From the NCBI GenBank assembly GCA_040755995.1, contig JBFMAF010000035.1, forward strand, positions 160,001-224,000: a DNA stretch of 64,000 nucleotides, given 5' to 3'. The first letter of the stretch is position 1. Every line of letters starts with the position of its first letter. Made by a program: the position numbers and the translations under genes. The stretch comes from Acidobacteriota bacterium (GTDB lineage Bacteria > Acidobacteriota > CAIWXX01). Below, in pieces: positions 7,799 through 18,017 of the stretch. The notes under the pieces were generated by a model. It was not told the DNA's origin. It was given only the letters and a program-made list of their open reading frames with translations, and did no database searches.

Positions 7799-9960
7799 GA
7801 AGTACATGGGCCGGGCTCGCGCTCTGCGCCGTCGTCGCATCGCCCCTCTGCCAGTGCACCCGGTCGCAGCCGGTCCTCGTGCGCGATCTCCTATCCGGCC
7901 AACCCGACAGAGTCCGCCCGACGACCCTGATTCGCGCCGGCGACGAGACCGTCCGCCAATTGATCTATCGCGGACTCGCCGCCACGCCGGATCAGAAGCT
8001 TGCAGCCGCTCCAGGTACGCCCGCCTCGTTCGGATTCTACGCAACGTCCCGGCGGCCCTCGTCATTGGTGCTCTCGGGCTCGGCTGATCCCCCCTGCGAA
8101 GTGGCGCTGAGGGTCAACGGCAAGGACGCAGGCCGCCGGACTGTGCCGGCGGTGCGCGGGCAGTACCGCTTCCCGCTGGCAGCCGGGCTGATCCAGGACG
8201 GCCTCAATGAAGGTGCGCTTCAATTGGCCGCAGCCCCGGCTGCGGCCGGCACCGGCGCGCAGAACGTCGCTCGGGGCCTGATCCTGGACTCCATCTGCCT
8301 TGGTGATTCTACTACACCTGTAGTACCTCCGGGTGCGATCCGATCGCAGCTCGTACAGAGTGCCGGCTCGGAGGTCGAGTGGTTCATGGTGCCGGCGCAG
8401 GATCGGCTGGAGCTCTCGGGCGTGGTGTCGGCGCCGGAGGCATCGTCATGCGAAGCCGCGATCACGATCGAGACGGACTCGAGCGGGCTGCGCACGCTCT
8501 GGAGGTCGCCGGTGGAGGTGCGAGGGGAGCGCAGCCTTTCGGGTGAGATCGATCTGGCACCGTTCGCCGGCAGCGGCGCGCGCATCTGCGCAAAGTTCTC
8601 GGCGAGTCGCGGTGAGGCGACACTGACCTGGAATCGGTTTCGACTGATACGAGACACGACCGGCAATAGCGCGCCCGCGCCGGTGCAACCGGCCGTTTCG
8701 CGGCCGAACGTGATCATCTTCCTCGTCGACACGCTCCGCCGCGATCATCTGCCGGTCTACGGCTATCGTCAGCAGATCGCGCCGTCCCTGTCGAAATTCG
8801 CGCGCGAGTCGATCGTTTTCGAGAATGCCTGGTCGCAGAGCTCCTGGACGAATCCGGCTGTGGCGTCGTTGTTCACGGGCGAGGTCCCGGCGACGCACGG
8901 GATTCGCGCCCACACGGACTCGCTGCACCCGAGCTTCGAGACCATCGCCGAGTTCCACAAGAGGCACGGCTACTCGACGATGGCCTGCGTCTCCAATGCG
9001 GGCATCAAGTCCGAGATGGGCTACGGGCAGGGGTTCGATGACTACCAGTTCCACTGGCGCAAGGACGCCGGCGTTCTGGTCGACATCGCGCTCGATCGGA
9101 TCCGTACGGAGCCGTTCTTCATCTACATCCACGCCAACGACCCGCATTACCCATACACTCCAGCACCTGCGCCGTTCGACTCCTTCATTCCCCCGCGACC
9201 CCCCGCGATCCTGAGCGAAGAGATGCTCACGATGAGCTCGCTCAAGAACCGCCGGTACGTCCCTGACGCGGCCGGCATGGCGTACCTGCTCTCGATCTAC
9301 GATTCCGAGATCCGCCTCGTGGACCATCACTTCGGACGCATGATCGAGGCTCTGAAGTCGAGGGGAGTCTACGACAGGACGCTCGTCGTCTTCATAGCGG
9401 ATCACGGCGAAGAGTTCAACGACCACGGGGGCTACTACCACGGCCACTCGCTCTACGACGAGCTCACGAGGATCCCGATGATCGCGAAGCCGCCGGTGCC
9501 GTATACGCCGGAGCGGCGGGCGAGACCGGTGCGCACGATCGACGTCTACCCCACCGTCGCCGCGCTGCTCGGCGAGGCCCCGGCCCTGCCCGGTCGCGAT
9601 TGGGATGCGGGAGCCGTCGGCTGTCCGGATGACATCGCCGTATACAGCGAGACGGAGTTGCAGGCTGACTACCAGTCCGTGGTGCTCGGTCGATACAAGC
9701 TGATCCTGCTCGACCACAGCAAGAAGGGTGTCGCCGACGGTTTTCGGCTTTTCGACTTGCAGGCAGATCCCGGCGAAAAACGAAACCTGGTGCGCGAGCA
9801 GCCGATCCGCGCCGAATACATGGCCGCGCTGGTCCGGCGCCTTCACCGGGACGCCGCGGCCCGAATGAAGTTCTCCGCCGACGCGATCCACCGGCAGTTG
9901 GACGAAGACACGCGCCGGCAGCTCGAGACCCTGGGATACCTGGATCCTGCGAAAGAGTAA
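7795..9960 (+). CDS. Secreted sulfatase-like (alkaline phosphatase superfamily) protein with N-terminal beta-rich extension
   Basis: Signal peptide; PNVIIFLVDTLRRDH, SSWTNPAVASLFTG, DPHYPY, ADHGEEF..HG. ATGA overlap with queG. Confidence 0.88.
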   Translation: MRSTWAGLALCAVVASPLCQCTRSQPVLVRDLLSGQPDRVRPTTLIRAGDETVRQLIYRGLAATPDQKLAAAPGTPASFGFYATSRRPSSLVLSGSADPPCEVALRVNGKDAGRRTVPAVRGQYRFPLAAGLIQDGLNEGALQLAAAPAAAGTGAQNVARGLILDSICLGDSTTPVVPPGAIRSQLVQSAGSEVEWFMVPAQDRLELSGVVSAPEASSCEAAITIETDSSGLRTLWRSPVEVRGERSLSGEIDLAPFAGSGARICAKFSASRGEATLTWNRFRLIRDTTGNSAPAPVQPAVSRPNVIIFLVDTLRRDHLPVYGYRQQIAPSLSKFARESIVFENAWSQSSWTNPAVASLFTGEVPATHGIRAHTDSLHPSFETIAEFHKRHGYSTMACVSNAGIKSEMGYGQGFDDYQFHWRKDAGVLVDIALDRIRTEPFFIYIHANDPHYPYTPAPAPFDSFIPPRPPAILSEEMLTMSSLKNRRYVPDAAGMAYLLSIYDSEIRLVDHHFGRMIEALKSRGVYDRTLVVFIADHGEEFNDHGGYYHGHSLYDELTRIPMIAKPPVPYTPERRARPVRTIDVYPTVAALLGEAPALPGRDWDAGAVGCPDDIAVYSETELQADYQSVVLGRYKLILLDHSKKGVADGFRLFDLQADPGEKRNLVREQPIRAEYMAALVRRLHRDAAARMKFSADAIHRQLDEDTRRQLETLGYLDPAKE

Positions 9961-9966
9961 GCCGGC

Positions 9967-10191
9967 GTGGTGAAGGTGCGATGGGTGAGCGCACGTGCAC
10001 ATCAAAGCGACGTGCGAATGCTCCTGCGGGAGAACCGGAGGGATCTGAGCCTGGTGGACTGCGTGAGCTTTGGCGTGATGAACGACCTGGGGCTGAGGCA
10101 CGCCTTCGCGTTCGGCCCGCACTTCGAGCGAGCCGGGTTCTTGTGCTCAACTCTACAGCGGCTGCCTGAGCTGCTTCGAGCGTGCGAATAG
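9967..10191 (+). pseudogene. C-terminal fragment of a PIN-domain (VapC-like) toxin
   Basis: LSLVDCVSFGVMNDLGLRHAFAFGPHFERAGF is a typical PIN C-terminus; the N-terminal DT motif and an antitoxin are absent. Confidence 0.7.
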
Positions 10192-10201
10192 CGACACCCA
10201 G

Positions 10202-13200
10202 CTACTTCGAGGCGTCTGCGAGCATCCGCTGTGCCTCATCGAGAAGCGTACCGTACTCGCGCTTGAGGAGTGTGCTGTTCTCGAGCGCACGCTGGAGCTT
10301 GTCCTGCGCGCGTTTCGCGCAGTCGAGCCTAGCGGGCGGGCCTCGCTCCGCGCGAGCTCGCAGCAGTTCCAGAGCTCCGCCGAGCGCCAGGGCCCGCCAC
10401 GGCCATCGATTCTCCCTGGTCAACCGCTCCGTGGCTGCCAGGCCCTCGACGATGTCGCGTTCGATCGATACGCCTTTCGCCAGGGCCCACTCCGCCTTCC
10501 AGCGGCAGACTTCGGCCATCCGGACCAGTGCCTCGGGATCGTCTTCCACAAAGACGAGCTCTTCGCGTGAGCTCTTGAGCGCAGAGGCGAAGAATCGATC
10601 TGCGCGCGCATTCGCGTTGATGGCGGCCCATCGCGCGGCCATCAGATCGAGCGCCGCCCGATACGAGCATCTCGAGTAGTCCGATCTGGAGTCCGCAGAC
10701 CGGCTGTCTCCGAGCGCCGCCCACCCGGCGTTCAGAAACGGTTGTGGATCGCGATGGTGCTCCAGCTCGTTCCGCGCCTGGACCACGTGCACGTCCACCA
10801 AAAGCTCCTCCAGACCCCTGAGACTGTGGTCCAGCTCGGCGGCCCGTTTCAGCTCCGAGGTGGCAAATGCCAGTGTCTCCGACGGGTCACCTCCCGTCGC
10901 GATCTCCACCCGCGCGAGGTCAATGGCAGCCCCCCCGGCGAGCACGTGTGGAGCGGTTGCGTTCGGGGCCAGGCGGGATGCTTCCTGCGCCGTTGCGAGG
11001 GCCTCCGTGAGCTCCGCTCTGGTGTCCCGCCCGTACTCCAGATCCAGGCGGGCGAGGTGCCAGAGCGATGCGGCCAGTCCCTCGAGCCAGCTCCGCACGC
11101 TGCGTTCCGCCGCAATGGCGCGCCGGTAGACATCGATCGAACGCCTCAAGACCGCCCTGGTGTCCGCGGTGCTCACGCGACCGAGGGATGCCTTGATACG
11201 CAGTGCCGTGGCGAGCATCCCGAGATACTGGGGGTCGCCGGGCGAACTGCCGAGTGCCCGCTCCAAACACGACGTCGACTCTTGTAGCAGCCTCAGAATC
11301 TCGCCTCTCTCCGAGCGGCCATAGACGGCCCGGCTCATGAGTGTGAAACCCAGCGTATAGAGCCCTTCTGCGTTCTCTCTGTCCAGCTCTACGGCCACGC
11401 GGGCCTCATCGACGGACTCGGCAAGGAATGGGTCTGGGTCCATTCCTGCCGTCGCGCAGCCCCTCCCCCGTTTCTGCAGGAGCGCCGATTTCCTGATGTG
11501 TGGAACGGGACTCTCCGGATCTGCCACGACGGACTTCTCGCATGCTTCCAAACCGCGACGGAAGTCCTCTGTCTCTTCGCATGTCTTCTGTGACTCCTCC
11601 CAGAGGATCCTATCCCGCACCAGGGCCTCGGCGTCATAGAGCTCCGGGTCGCTCCGGAGCGTCTCACTGCACCGGAGATAGGATGCAGTGGCAGCGCGAT
11701 AGTCTGCGACCGCCCCCGCCCGATCTCCTCGGTTGGCCTTCTCCTGTCCGCGGGAGAAGTACACGTCGCCGGTCAGTTTCTCCGCTTCGACAAGCCATGG
11801 ATGTGTGCGAAAGGCGCGGCCGGCTGCTGCAAGTGCGTCATCATAGCGAGCTTCGTAGTACCCGATCAGACCTTCTACGTAGTCTGCGGCTACTCCCGGG
11901 ACCTGTGCGCTCGACTTCGCGAACTGCTTCGCCGGATCGCGATACTGTGACTGCGCTTCCCGCAGGAGTCTCTGTTTGAGTTCCGGGGTCTGAGACTGGT
12001 TCGCCCGCTCGACCGCCTTCTGGTACAAGGTCATGAGGGAGATGGCCATGTGGTAGCCGAGTTCCGGTTCGCGCAGTCCGGCATCCCATGCCTGCCGTAG
12101 ATGATCGTGAGCGCTCAGGTAGTCGTGGAGTGCAGAGGATGCTCTCCCGAGGGCGTAGTGGCCGGGACCAGTGGCAAGCTGTCCGTCGATCTGCATCTGC
12201 GCCTTGATCTGCTTCATGAGATCGCGCACGCGAGCGCGTTCGGGGCGGAGGTCGTGGAGCGGCTGCGTGTAGGCAGTGCGCATCGTGAGCTCCGCTTCCT
12301 TGGCGCGCTGGGCATAGGCCTGAGAGAGCTCACCCAGTCGCCTGGCCTTCCATATGGCGTAGAGACCGATGGAGGCGAGCGACAGGAGGAGGACCATGGC
12401 GGCGAGGGACACGCCCACGACCGCTCTGTTCCGCTTCGCCTTCTTGGCCAGGCGGTGCCAGATTGCCGTGCGGCGTGCGCGGATCGGCTCGCCATCCAGG
12501 TAGCGGCCCACGTCGTCCGCCAGGGCCTTCGCGGTCTGGTATCTCTGTGAAGGATCCTTCTCGACGCACTTCATCACGATCGTATCGAGATCAATCGGGA
12601 TCCGGCGGTCGATGCTGCGCGGAGCGAGCGGATCAGTCGCCGGAATCTCGCTGAGGATTTCGGGGACGCTCCCGGTGAACAATGTCCGTCCGGTGAGAAG
12701 CACGTAGAAAGTGGCGCCGAGGCTGTAGACATCGGAGCGTAGATCGACCCCCACGCCCATCCCGAACGCCTGTTCCGGTGACATATACGCCGGCGTACCC
12801 ATCACTACTCCGGTCGTGGTAAGACCGGGAGACTCGAGGTCCCTCACCAGCCCGAAGTCCATCACGTACGCTCTACACGAGCCTCCCTCCACCCGCTCGA
12901 CCATGATGTTGCTGGGCTTTATGTCGCGGTGGACAAGCCCGAGTTGGTGCGCGGCGTGAAGCGCCTCGGCGACCTGCTTCACCACAGTGGCCTTCTCGGG
13001 CCAGGACATCTCCTGGGCGGCTTCTCCAAGCGTCTGCCCGCGAACGTACTGCATGGCGATGAACCGGCGGCCGTCCGCCTCGCCCACTTCGTGCACCTGG
13101 CAGACGTTGGCATGTTCGATGCGCGCCTGAGCCCGTGCTTCGTTCATCAGGCGCGATTCCATTCGTCGATCATCGACGCGCAGAAGCTTGAGCGCCACGA

Positions 13201-13429
13201 CGCGGCCGAGGTCAGGGTCCCGGACCTTGTAGACCATGGCCATCCCGCCGCTGCCGAGGAAGCCCAGGATCTCAAACCGTCCGATCCTGCTGCCCGCCGG
13301 CAGCACCTTCTCCGCGTCGGGGAGGACTCCGTCGCCGCCATCCGGAGGGCCCGCGCTCGCGGCACTCCCTGACATCTCGGGCGGGATCCCGTGGGTGATC
13401 TCGTCCGGTGAGCTCTTCTCTTGTGCCAT
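10202..13429 (-). CDS. Hanks-type Ser/Thr protein kinase with TM helix and TPR-like C-terminal region
   Basis: LGSGGMAMV, VALK, HRDIKPSN, DFG, GTPAYMSPEQ, DVYSLG; hydrophobic segment followed by helical repeats. Confidence 0.93.
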   Translation of the reverse strand: MAQEKSSPDEITHGIPPEMSGSAASAGPPDGGDGVLPDAEKVLPAGSRIGRFEILGFLGSGGMAMVYKVRDPDLGRVVALKLLRVDDRRMESRLMNEARAQARIEHANVCQVHEVGEADGRRFIAMQYVRGQTLGEAAQEMSWPEKATVVKQVAEALHAAHQLGLVHRDIKPSNIMVERVEGGSCRAYVMDFGLVRDLESPGLTTTGVVMGTPAYMSPEQAFGMGVGVDLRSDVYSLGATFYVLLTGRTLFTGSVPEILSEIPATDPLAPRSIDRRIPIDLDTIVMKCVEKDPSQRYQTAKALADDVGRYLDGEPIRARRTAIWHRLAKKAKRNRAVVGVSLAAMVLLLSLASIGLYAIWKARRLGELSQAYAQRAKEAELTMRTAYTQPLHDLRPERARVRDLMKQIKAQMQIDGQLATGPGHYALGRASSALHDYLSAHDHLRQAWDAGLREPELGYHMAISLMTLYQKAVERANQSQTPELKQRLLREAQSQYRDPAKQFAKSSAQVPGVAADYVEGLIGYYEARYDDALAAAGRAFRTHPWLVEAEKLTGDVYFSRGQEKANRGDRAGAVADYRAATASYLRCSETLRSDPELYDAEALVRDRILWEESQKTCEETEDFRRGLEACEKSVVADPESPVPHIRKSALLQKRGRGCATAGMDPDPFLAESVDEARVAVELDRENAEGLYTLGFTLMSRAVYGRSERGEILRLLQESTSCLERALGSSPGDPQYLGMLATALRIKASLGRVSTADTRAVLRRSIDVYRRAIAAERSVRSWLEGLAASLWHLARLDLEYGRDTRAELTEALATAQEASRLAPNATAPHVLAGGAAIDLARVEIATGGDPSETLAFATSELKRAAELDHSLRGLEELLVDVHVVQARNELEHHRDPQPFLNAGWAALGDSRSADSRSDYSRCSYRAALDLMAARWAAINANARADRFFASALKSSREELVFVEDDPEALVRMAEVCRWKAEWALAKGVSIERDIVEGLAATERLTRENRWPWRALALGGALELLRARAERGPPARLDCAKRAQDKLQRALENSTLLKREYGTLLDEAQRMLADASK

Positions 13430-13544
13430 GGGCCGACCTCCACCCGGCTGCTACGTCAACTATGTCACATGCACGGGGGCGCAACAAGACCAGCGGCGCC
13501 AGTGGACGCCTCTCGCTGATGAGGGGCTGGAGGACCAGGATCCT

Positions 13545-13744
13545 ATGATCGGACAAACCGTTTCTCGCTACGAGATTCTGGAGTAGCTGGGGGGCGGCGG
13601 GTGGGGGTGGACGAGATCCTGACGGTGGCGCTAGGGGTGGCCGAGGGTATCGAGGCCGGGCACGCCAAGGGGATCTTTCATCGGGACGTCAAGCCGGCCG
13701 ACCTGTTCATCACTGCGTCTGGCCACGCCAGGATCCTCGACTAC
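13545..13744 (+). pseudogene. Relic of a second Ser/Thr kinase (stop codon, frameshift, internal deletion)
   Basis: MIGQTVSRYEILE*LGGGG, then in a shifted frame GVDEILTVALGVAEGIEAGHAKGIFHRDVKPADLFITASGHARILDY. Confidence 0.85.
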
Positions 13745-14241
13745 TTCATTCGCCCGTGACAGTTCTTGTACTTGCGCCCGCTGCCGCACGGACAGCGCTG
13801 ATTCGGATCGGTCTCGGGAACTTCTTCCTCTGCTCTGGGAACGGGCGGTTCCCACGCGTACATATCGCCGACGTGTCTCGCACGCCGCGGCGGTTCCCGT
13901 TCGTCGCCAACGATGTCTGCTTCCGACTCGTCTTCCTCGTGCTCGTCAGGCTCGTCCGCTTCTTCTTCTCGTTCTTCCTCCAGCGCTCTTTCCAGCTCCC
14001 GCCATCGACGTGTGGCTGGTAGCTCGAACGCCAGCCGCATTGCGATCCACGCGACCAGGCACATCGCGACCAATGCGAGGACAGTACCTTGGAGCATTGA
14101 GAACGGCAGATGCAGAGGGTTGACCAGCACCCAGCCCACTCCGACAGCCAGCAGCACAATAATGCCGGTCAACAGCGCTATGGCAAACAGCGCCGCGACG
14201 GCCAGCAGGATGATGACGAAGATCGTTCGAATGGTCTTCAT
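13741..14241 (-). CDS. Small membrane protein with acidic linker and C-terminal SEC-C metal-binding motif
   Basis: Hydrophobic N-terminal helices, E/D-rich stretch, PNQRCPCGSGRKYKNCHG; strong RBS. Confidence 0.85.
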   Translation of the reverse strand: MKTIRTIFVIILLAVAALFAIALLTGIIVLLAVGVGWVLVNPLHLPFSMLQGTVLALVAMCLVAWIAMRLAFELPATRRWRELERALEEEREEEADEPDEHEEDESEADIVGDEREPPRRARHVGDMYAWEPPVPRAEEEVPETDPNQRCPCGSGRKYKNCHGRMK

Positions 14242-14260
14242 TGGTACTCTCCTTCCTCAG

Positions 14261-16402
14261 CTATCGGCCGCCGAGGCCCTCCGGGGTCTTCAGCGGCTCG
14301 AAGGAGGTCGCCTCCGCCGCCCGGCTCCTCTCCAGCGCCCTCTCCGCCTCGCGCTGCAGGTGGACCTGCGACCGGAACGGCTCTTCGCCCTTCGCCGGGC
14401 GCCGCCTCTTGTATGAGCCGTCGGGCTGGAGCCTTCGACCTTTCACGTTGTCCTGGAAGGCGGCCTCCAGCGCGGCCACTACCTTCTGGCGACACTCAGG
14501 CGCTTCCACCGGGAACAGCAGCTCGATTCTGCGGTCCAGGTTGCGCGGCATCCAATCGGCGCTCGACAGATACACCTCCTCGTCCCCGCCGTTGCGGAAG
14601 TAAGCGACACGGGAGTGCTCCAGGAAGCGGTCCAGAATCGAGACAACTTCGATGCTATCGCTTACCCCCTTCAGGCCGGGTCGCAGGCAGCAGATGCCGC
14701 GCACGTTGAGCCTGATCCGCACACCCGCGCGCGAGGCGTCGTAGAGCGCGCGAATGATGTCCTCATCGAGCAGCGAATTCATCTTCGCTCGGATCTCCGC
14801 CGCCTGTCCGGCCTCGGCCCTCCTCCGCTCACGCTCGATCAGCTCGATGACACGCTCGCGAAGCATCGTCGGAGCCATCGCCAGCTTCCTGGTGCGCGGC
14901 GGATCCGAATAGCCGGTGACCGCGTTGAAGACGGCCGAGGCGTCCTCGCCGATCTGCGCATCGGCCGTCATGAGGCCGAAATCCGTGTACAGCCGCGCGG
15001 TTCGCTCGTTGTAGTTCCCGGTCCCCAGATGTACATAGCGCCTGATGCCGCGAGAGCCACGCCTCACCACCAGGCAGATTTTCGCGTGCGTCTTGTACCC
15101 GCGGACGCCGTAGATGACGTGCGCCCCCGCCTCCTCCAGGCTCCTCGCCCAGCGGATGTTGCTGCGCTCGTCAAAGCGCGCCAGCAGCTCCACCAGCACC
15201 GTCACCTGCTTGCCCTTCTCCGCAGCCCGTGCCAACGCATTCACGATCGGCGAATCCCCACTGGTCCGGTAGAGTGTCTGCTTGATCGCCAGCACGTCCG
15301 GATCGTCGGCCGCACGCTCTACCAGCGCGGCTACTGGGTCGAAAGAGTCGTACGGGTGGTGCAGGAGCACGTCCTGCTCGTCCAGAGTGTCGAAGATGTT
15401 CTCCATCTGCCGGGGCGCAAGCACCGTCACAGGCCGGAACGGCCGATCCTTCAGGTCATCAAGCGACGGCAAACCCAGGAAACCGTAAAGCGGGCGAAGA
15501 TCCAGGGGGCCCTTGATGCGATAGATGTCCTCGGGCCGGACACCCAGCCTTGCCACCAGGGTGTCCAGGAGCATGCCGCTCGCCGCCTCCTCCACCTCCA
15601 GTCGCACGACCTGGCTCTTGCGTCTCTTCTTGAGCTCTTCTTCGACCACCTGCAGGTGATCGCGCCCTCCCTCGTCGTCCAGATCCAGCTCGGAGTCCCG
15701 GGCGATTCTGAACGCAGCCGATTCGAGGATTGGCTGCCCGGGGAAGAGCTCCCGCAGCTCCTGCTTGACAAGGTCCTCCATCAAGACGAACGTCGCGCCG
15801 TCGCCGGCGGGGAGCCGCACGAGCCGGGGGAATCTGCCGGGCACCTGCACGACCGCGAGCCTCGCCTGGTCCTCGCCTTCCGCCGGCGCCAGAAGCAGAG
15901 CGACGTTGAGGCTGAGGCCTGTGAGCATCGGGAAGGGCCGCGACGAGTCGATCGCAAGCGGCGTCAGAGCCGGGAACAGGTCTGCACGGAACTGCCGCGA
16001 CAGGACCTCACGCGAGCTCGCGTCCAGCTCGCCGACCCGCACGATCCTCACACCGCGCTCGGCGATGGCCGGGAGTATGTCCTCGACGGCGACGTGGTAG
16101 AGCTGGCCGTACATCTCGTGGACACGCTTTGAGATCAGGCTGAGCTGCTGCGCCGGAGTCAGACCGGCCTGGTCCGGACGCTCGTCGCCATCCTGCAGAC
16201 GCTGCCTCAGGGCGGCAACCCTTACCATGAAGAACTCGTCGAGATTCGACGCGACGATCGTGGCAAACTTGAGCCGCTCCATCAGCGGGTTCGTCCCATC
16301 CAGCGCCTCTTCCAGCACGCGCGAGTTGAACTCCAGCCACGAGAGCTCCCGGTTCAGGAACAGCTCGGGCTCCCTCTTCCGCGAACCGCCGGAGGGCTTC
16401 AC
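14261..16402 (-). CDS. ppk1: Polyphosphate kinase 1
   Basis: NRELSWLEFNSRVL, SNLDEFFMVRVA, LLHHPYDSF, IKQTLYRTS, KTHAK, HLGTGNYN, RFLEHSR, SSADWMPRNLDRRIE. Confidence 0.98.
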   Translation of the reverse strand: MKPSGGSRKREPELFLNRELSWLEFNSRVLEEALDGTNPLMERLKFATIVASNLDEFFMVRVAALRQRLQDGDERPDQAGLTPAQQLSLISKRVHEMYGQLYHVAVEDILPAIAERGVRIVRVGELDASSREVLSRQFRADLFPALTPLAIDSSRPFPMLTGLSLNVALLLAPAEGEDQARLAVVQVPGRFPRLVRLPAGDGATFVLMEDLVKQELRELFPGQPILESAAFRIARDSELDLDDEGGRDHLQVVEEELKKRRKSQVVRLEVEEAASGMLLDTLVARLGVRPEDIYRIKGPLDLRPLYGFLGLPSLDDLKDRPFRPVTVLAPRQMENIFDTLDEQDVLLHHPYDSFDPVAALVERAADDPDVLAIKQTLYRTSGDSPIVNALARAAEKGKQVTVLVELLARFDERSNIRWARSLEEAGAHVIYGVRGYKTHAKICLVVRRGSRGIRRYVHLGTGNYNERTARLYTDFGLMTADAQIGEDASAVFNAVTGYSDPPRTRKLAMAPTMLRERVIELIERERRRAEAGQAAEIRAKMNSLLDEDIIRALYDASRAGVRIRLNVRGICCLRPGLKGVSDSIEVVSILDRFLEHSRVAYFRNGGDEEVYLSSADWMPRNLDRRIELLFPVEAPECRQKVVAALEAAFQDNVKGRRLQPDGSYKRRRPAKGEEPFRSQVHLQREAERALERSRAAEATSFEPLKTPEGLGGR

Positions 16403-18003
16403 GGCCGCATCCCCGCTTCGCGGAAGCTCACCTTCCTGCCAAAGACCTCGGTGAACAGATCCGCGCGGGCCAGGGCCGCCTGGCGCTCCATCGTCAGCTC
16501 CCCCGCCGCCTCCACCTCGATCACCCAGCTATCCTCCTCCGCCACCATCTTCACATCCTTGATCTTCTGCACGTGATCCACGTCCAGCGCATTGGCGATC
16601 CGGAGAAGGGCCGCCATCTTGTTCACTGCGACGCGCGTGTCCCGATCCAGCGCCATGTACGGAAGATGCGACTTCTGCGGGGTTCCGCGGCGGTGGTAGC
16701 GAGCGACGTTGGAGACAACGGCCATGTCCTCAGCCGACAGCCCGAACACATTCGACACCGAGATGAGATACTGCGAGTGCTTGTGGTGAGCCCTGACGTT
16801 GGCGAAATTGCCGATGTCGTGAAGAATGGCGGCCACCTCGAGCAGCAGCCGCTGCCGCCGATCCAGCCCGTGCTCGGCGCGGAGATCGTCGAACATCCGC
16901 GTCGCCAGGTGGGCGACGATGCGCGCGTGCGCAGCATCGTAGTGGTACTTCTCACCGAGCGCCGCGGCGCTGGCGAGAACCTGCCGGCCGTAATCCTCGA
17001 TGCCGTGCCCCTCGCGGTCAGGCGCGAACTCGAGCAGCAGACCGGCTCGCAGAGTCACGTCCGGCACCAGTATGCAGCCTGCGGTGGTCAGACGGAGAAG
17101 CTCCTGGTAGGCGAGCAGAGCCGGCACGAGCGTCTCCGCGTCGGCGACCGGAAGGCGATAGCGTTCTATGAGCTGGTCCATCTCCTGCATCGATATGCGA
17201 TCGACGAACTCGATGAAGGCGTCTCGCGAGATCGCCGGCACGGACCCCTCGGGCCTCGCATCCCCACCGATCTGCGCTGCGGCGAATCGCACGTCGCCAC
17301 CCAGCGCAATGAAGTCGCGCGCCTCGCTCACCGGCATCTCTCTCTGAATATCCTCGACGATGTTGTGAATGTGCCTGCGGAGCAACTGTATACGCTTGTC
17401 GTTCCCGCCCCGCCACGATGCCAGGCTCTGCCGCATCCGGATCGACCCGAGGGCGTAGTTGCCCGAGTGGATGGGCTCGCCGTTGCGCAGAAACGAAATG
17501 TCCGCGCCCCCGCCGCCGACCTCCACCAGCAGCGCACCCTCGGAGGCAAGCACCTCGTGCCCCTCGAGCTTCTCCTTCACCGCCTGGTACGTCAGCCGAT
17601 TCTCCTCCGAGCCGTCGATGACCTCGATCTCGATCCCCGTGCGCAGGCGGATCCGGTCGAGGAAACCGTCGCGGTTGGCGGCTTCCCGCACGGCGCTCGT
17701 GGCCACCGCGCGATAGCGCGTCACCCCATAGCTTTCCATTATCTGGCGGAATCCTTCGAGGGCGCGGAGTGCCGCCTCGACGGTTGCGGCTCCAATACGG
17801 CCACTCGTGAAAGTGTCCTTTCCGAGCAGAACTCCGCGCGAGACCTCTTCGAGAATCCGTGGCGCCCCGCCCGGCGCCACCTCGGCTATCACGGCGCGTA
17901 TCGCACTGGCCCCCATGTCCACTGCCGCAACGGTCTGTGGAGGTGGAGGTGGAGCGGGAGGCTCGGGCTGCTGTCGAGTGGAGAGCTTCTTCGAACGGGC
18001 CAT
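16399..18003 (-). CDS. ppx: Exopolyphosphatase/guanosine pentaphosphatase (Ppx/GppA) with HD domain
   Basis: DMGASAIR, ATSAVREAAN, EVGGGG, AILHDIG, HHKHS; 4-nt overlap with ppk1. Confidence 0.93.
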   Translation of the reverse strand: MARSKKLSTRQQPEPPAPPPPPQTVAAVDMGASAIRAVIAEVAPGGAPRILEEVSRGVLLGKDTFTSGRIGAATVEAALRALEGFRQIMESYGVTRYRAVATSAVREAANRDGFLDRIRLRTGIEIEVIDGSEENRLTYQAVKEKLEGHEVLASEGALLVEVGGGGADISFLRNGEPIHSGNYALGSIRMRQSLASWRGGNDKRIQLLRRHIHNIVEDIQREMPVSEARDFIALGGDVRFAAAQIGGDARPEGSVPAISRDAFIEFVDRISMQEMDQLIERYRLPVADAETLVPALLAYQELLRLTTAGCILVPDVTLRAGLLLEFAPDREGHGIEDYGRQVLASAAALGEKYHYDAAHARIVAHLATRMFDDLRAEHGLDRRQRLLLEVAAILHDIGNFANVRAHHKHSQYLISVSNVFGLSAEDMAVVSNVARYHRRGTPQKSHLPYMALDRDTRVAVNKMAALLRIANALDVDHVQKIKDVKMVAEEDSWVIEVEAAGELTMERQAALARADLFTEVFGRKVSFREAGMRP

Positions 18004-18017
18004 CGATTCTCCTTGTT

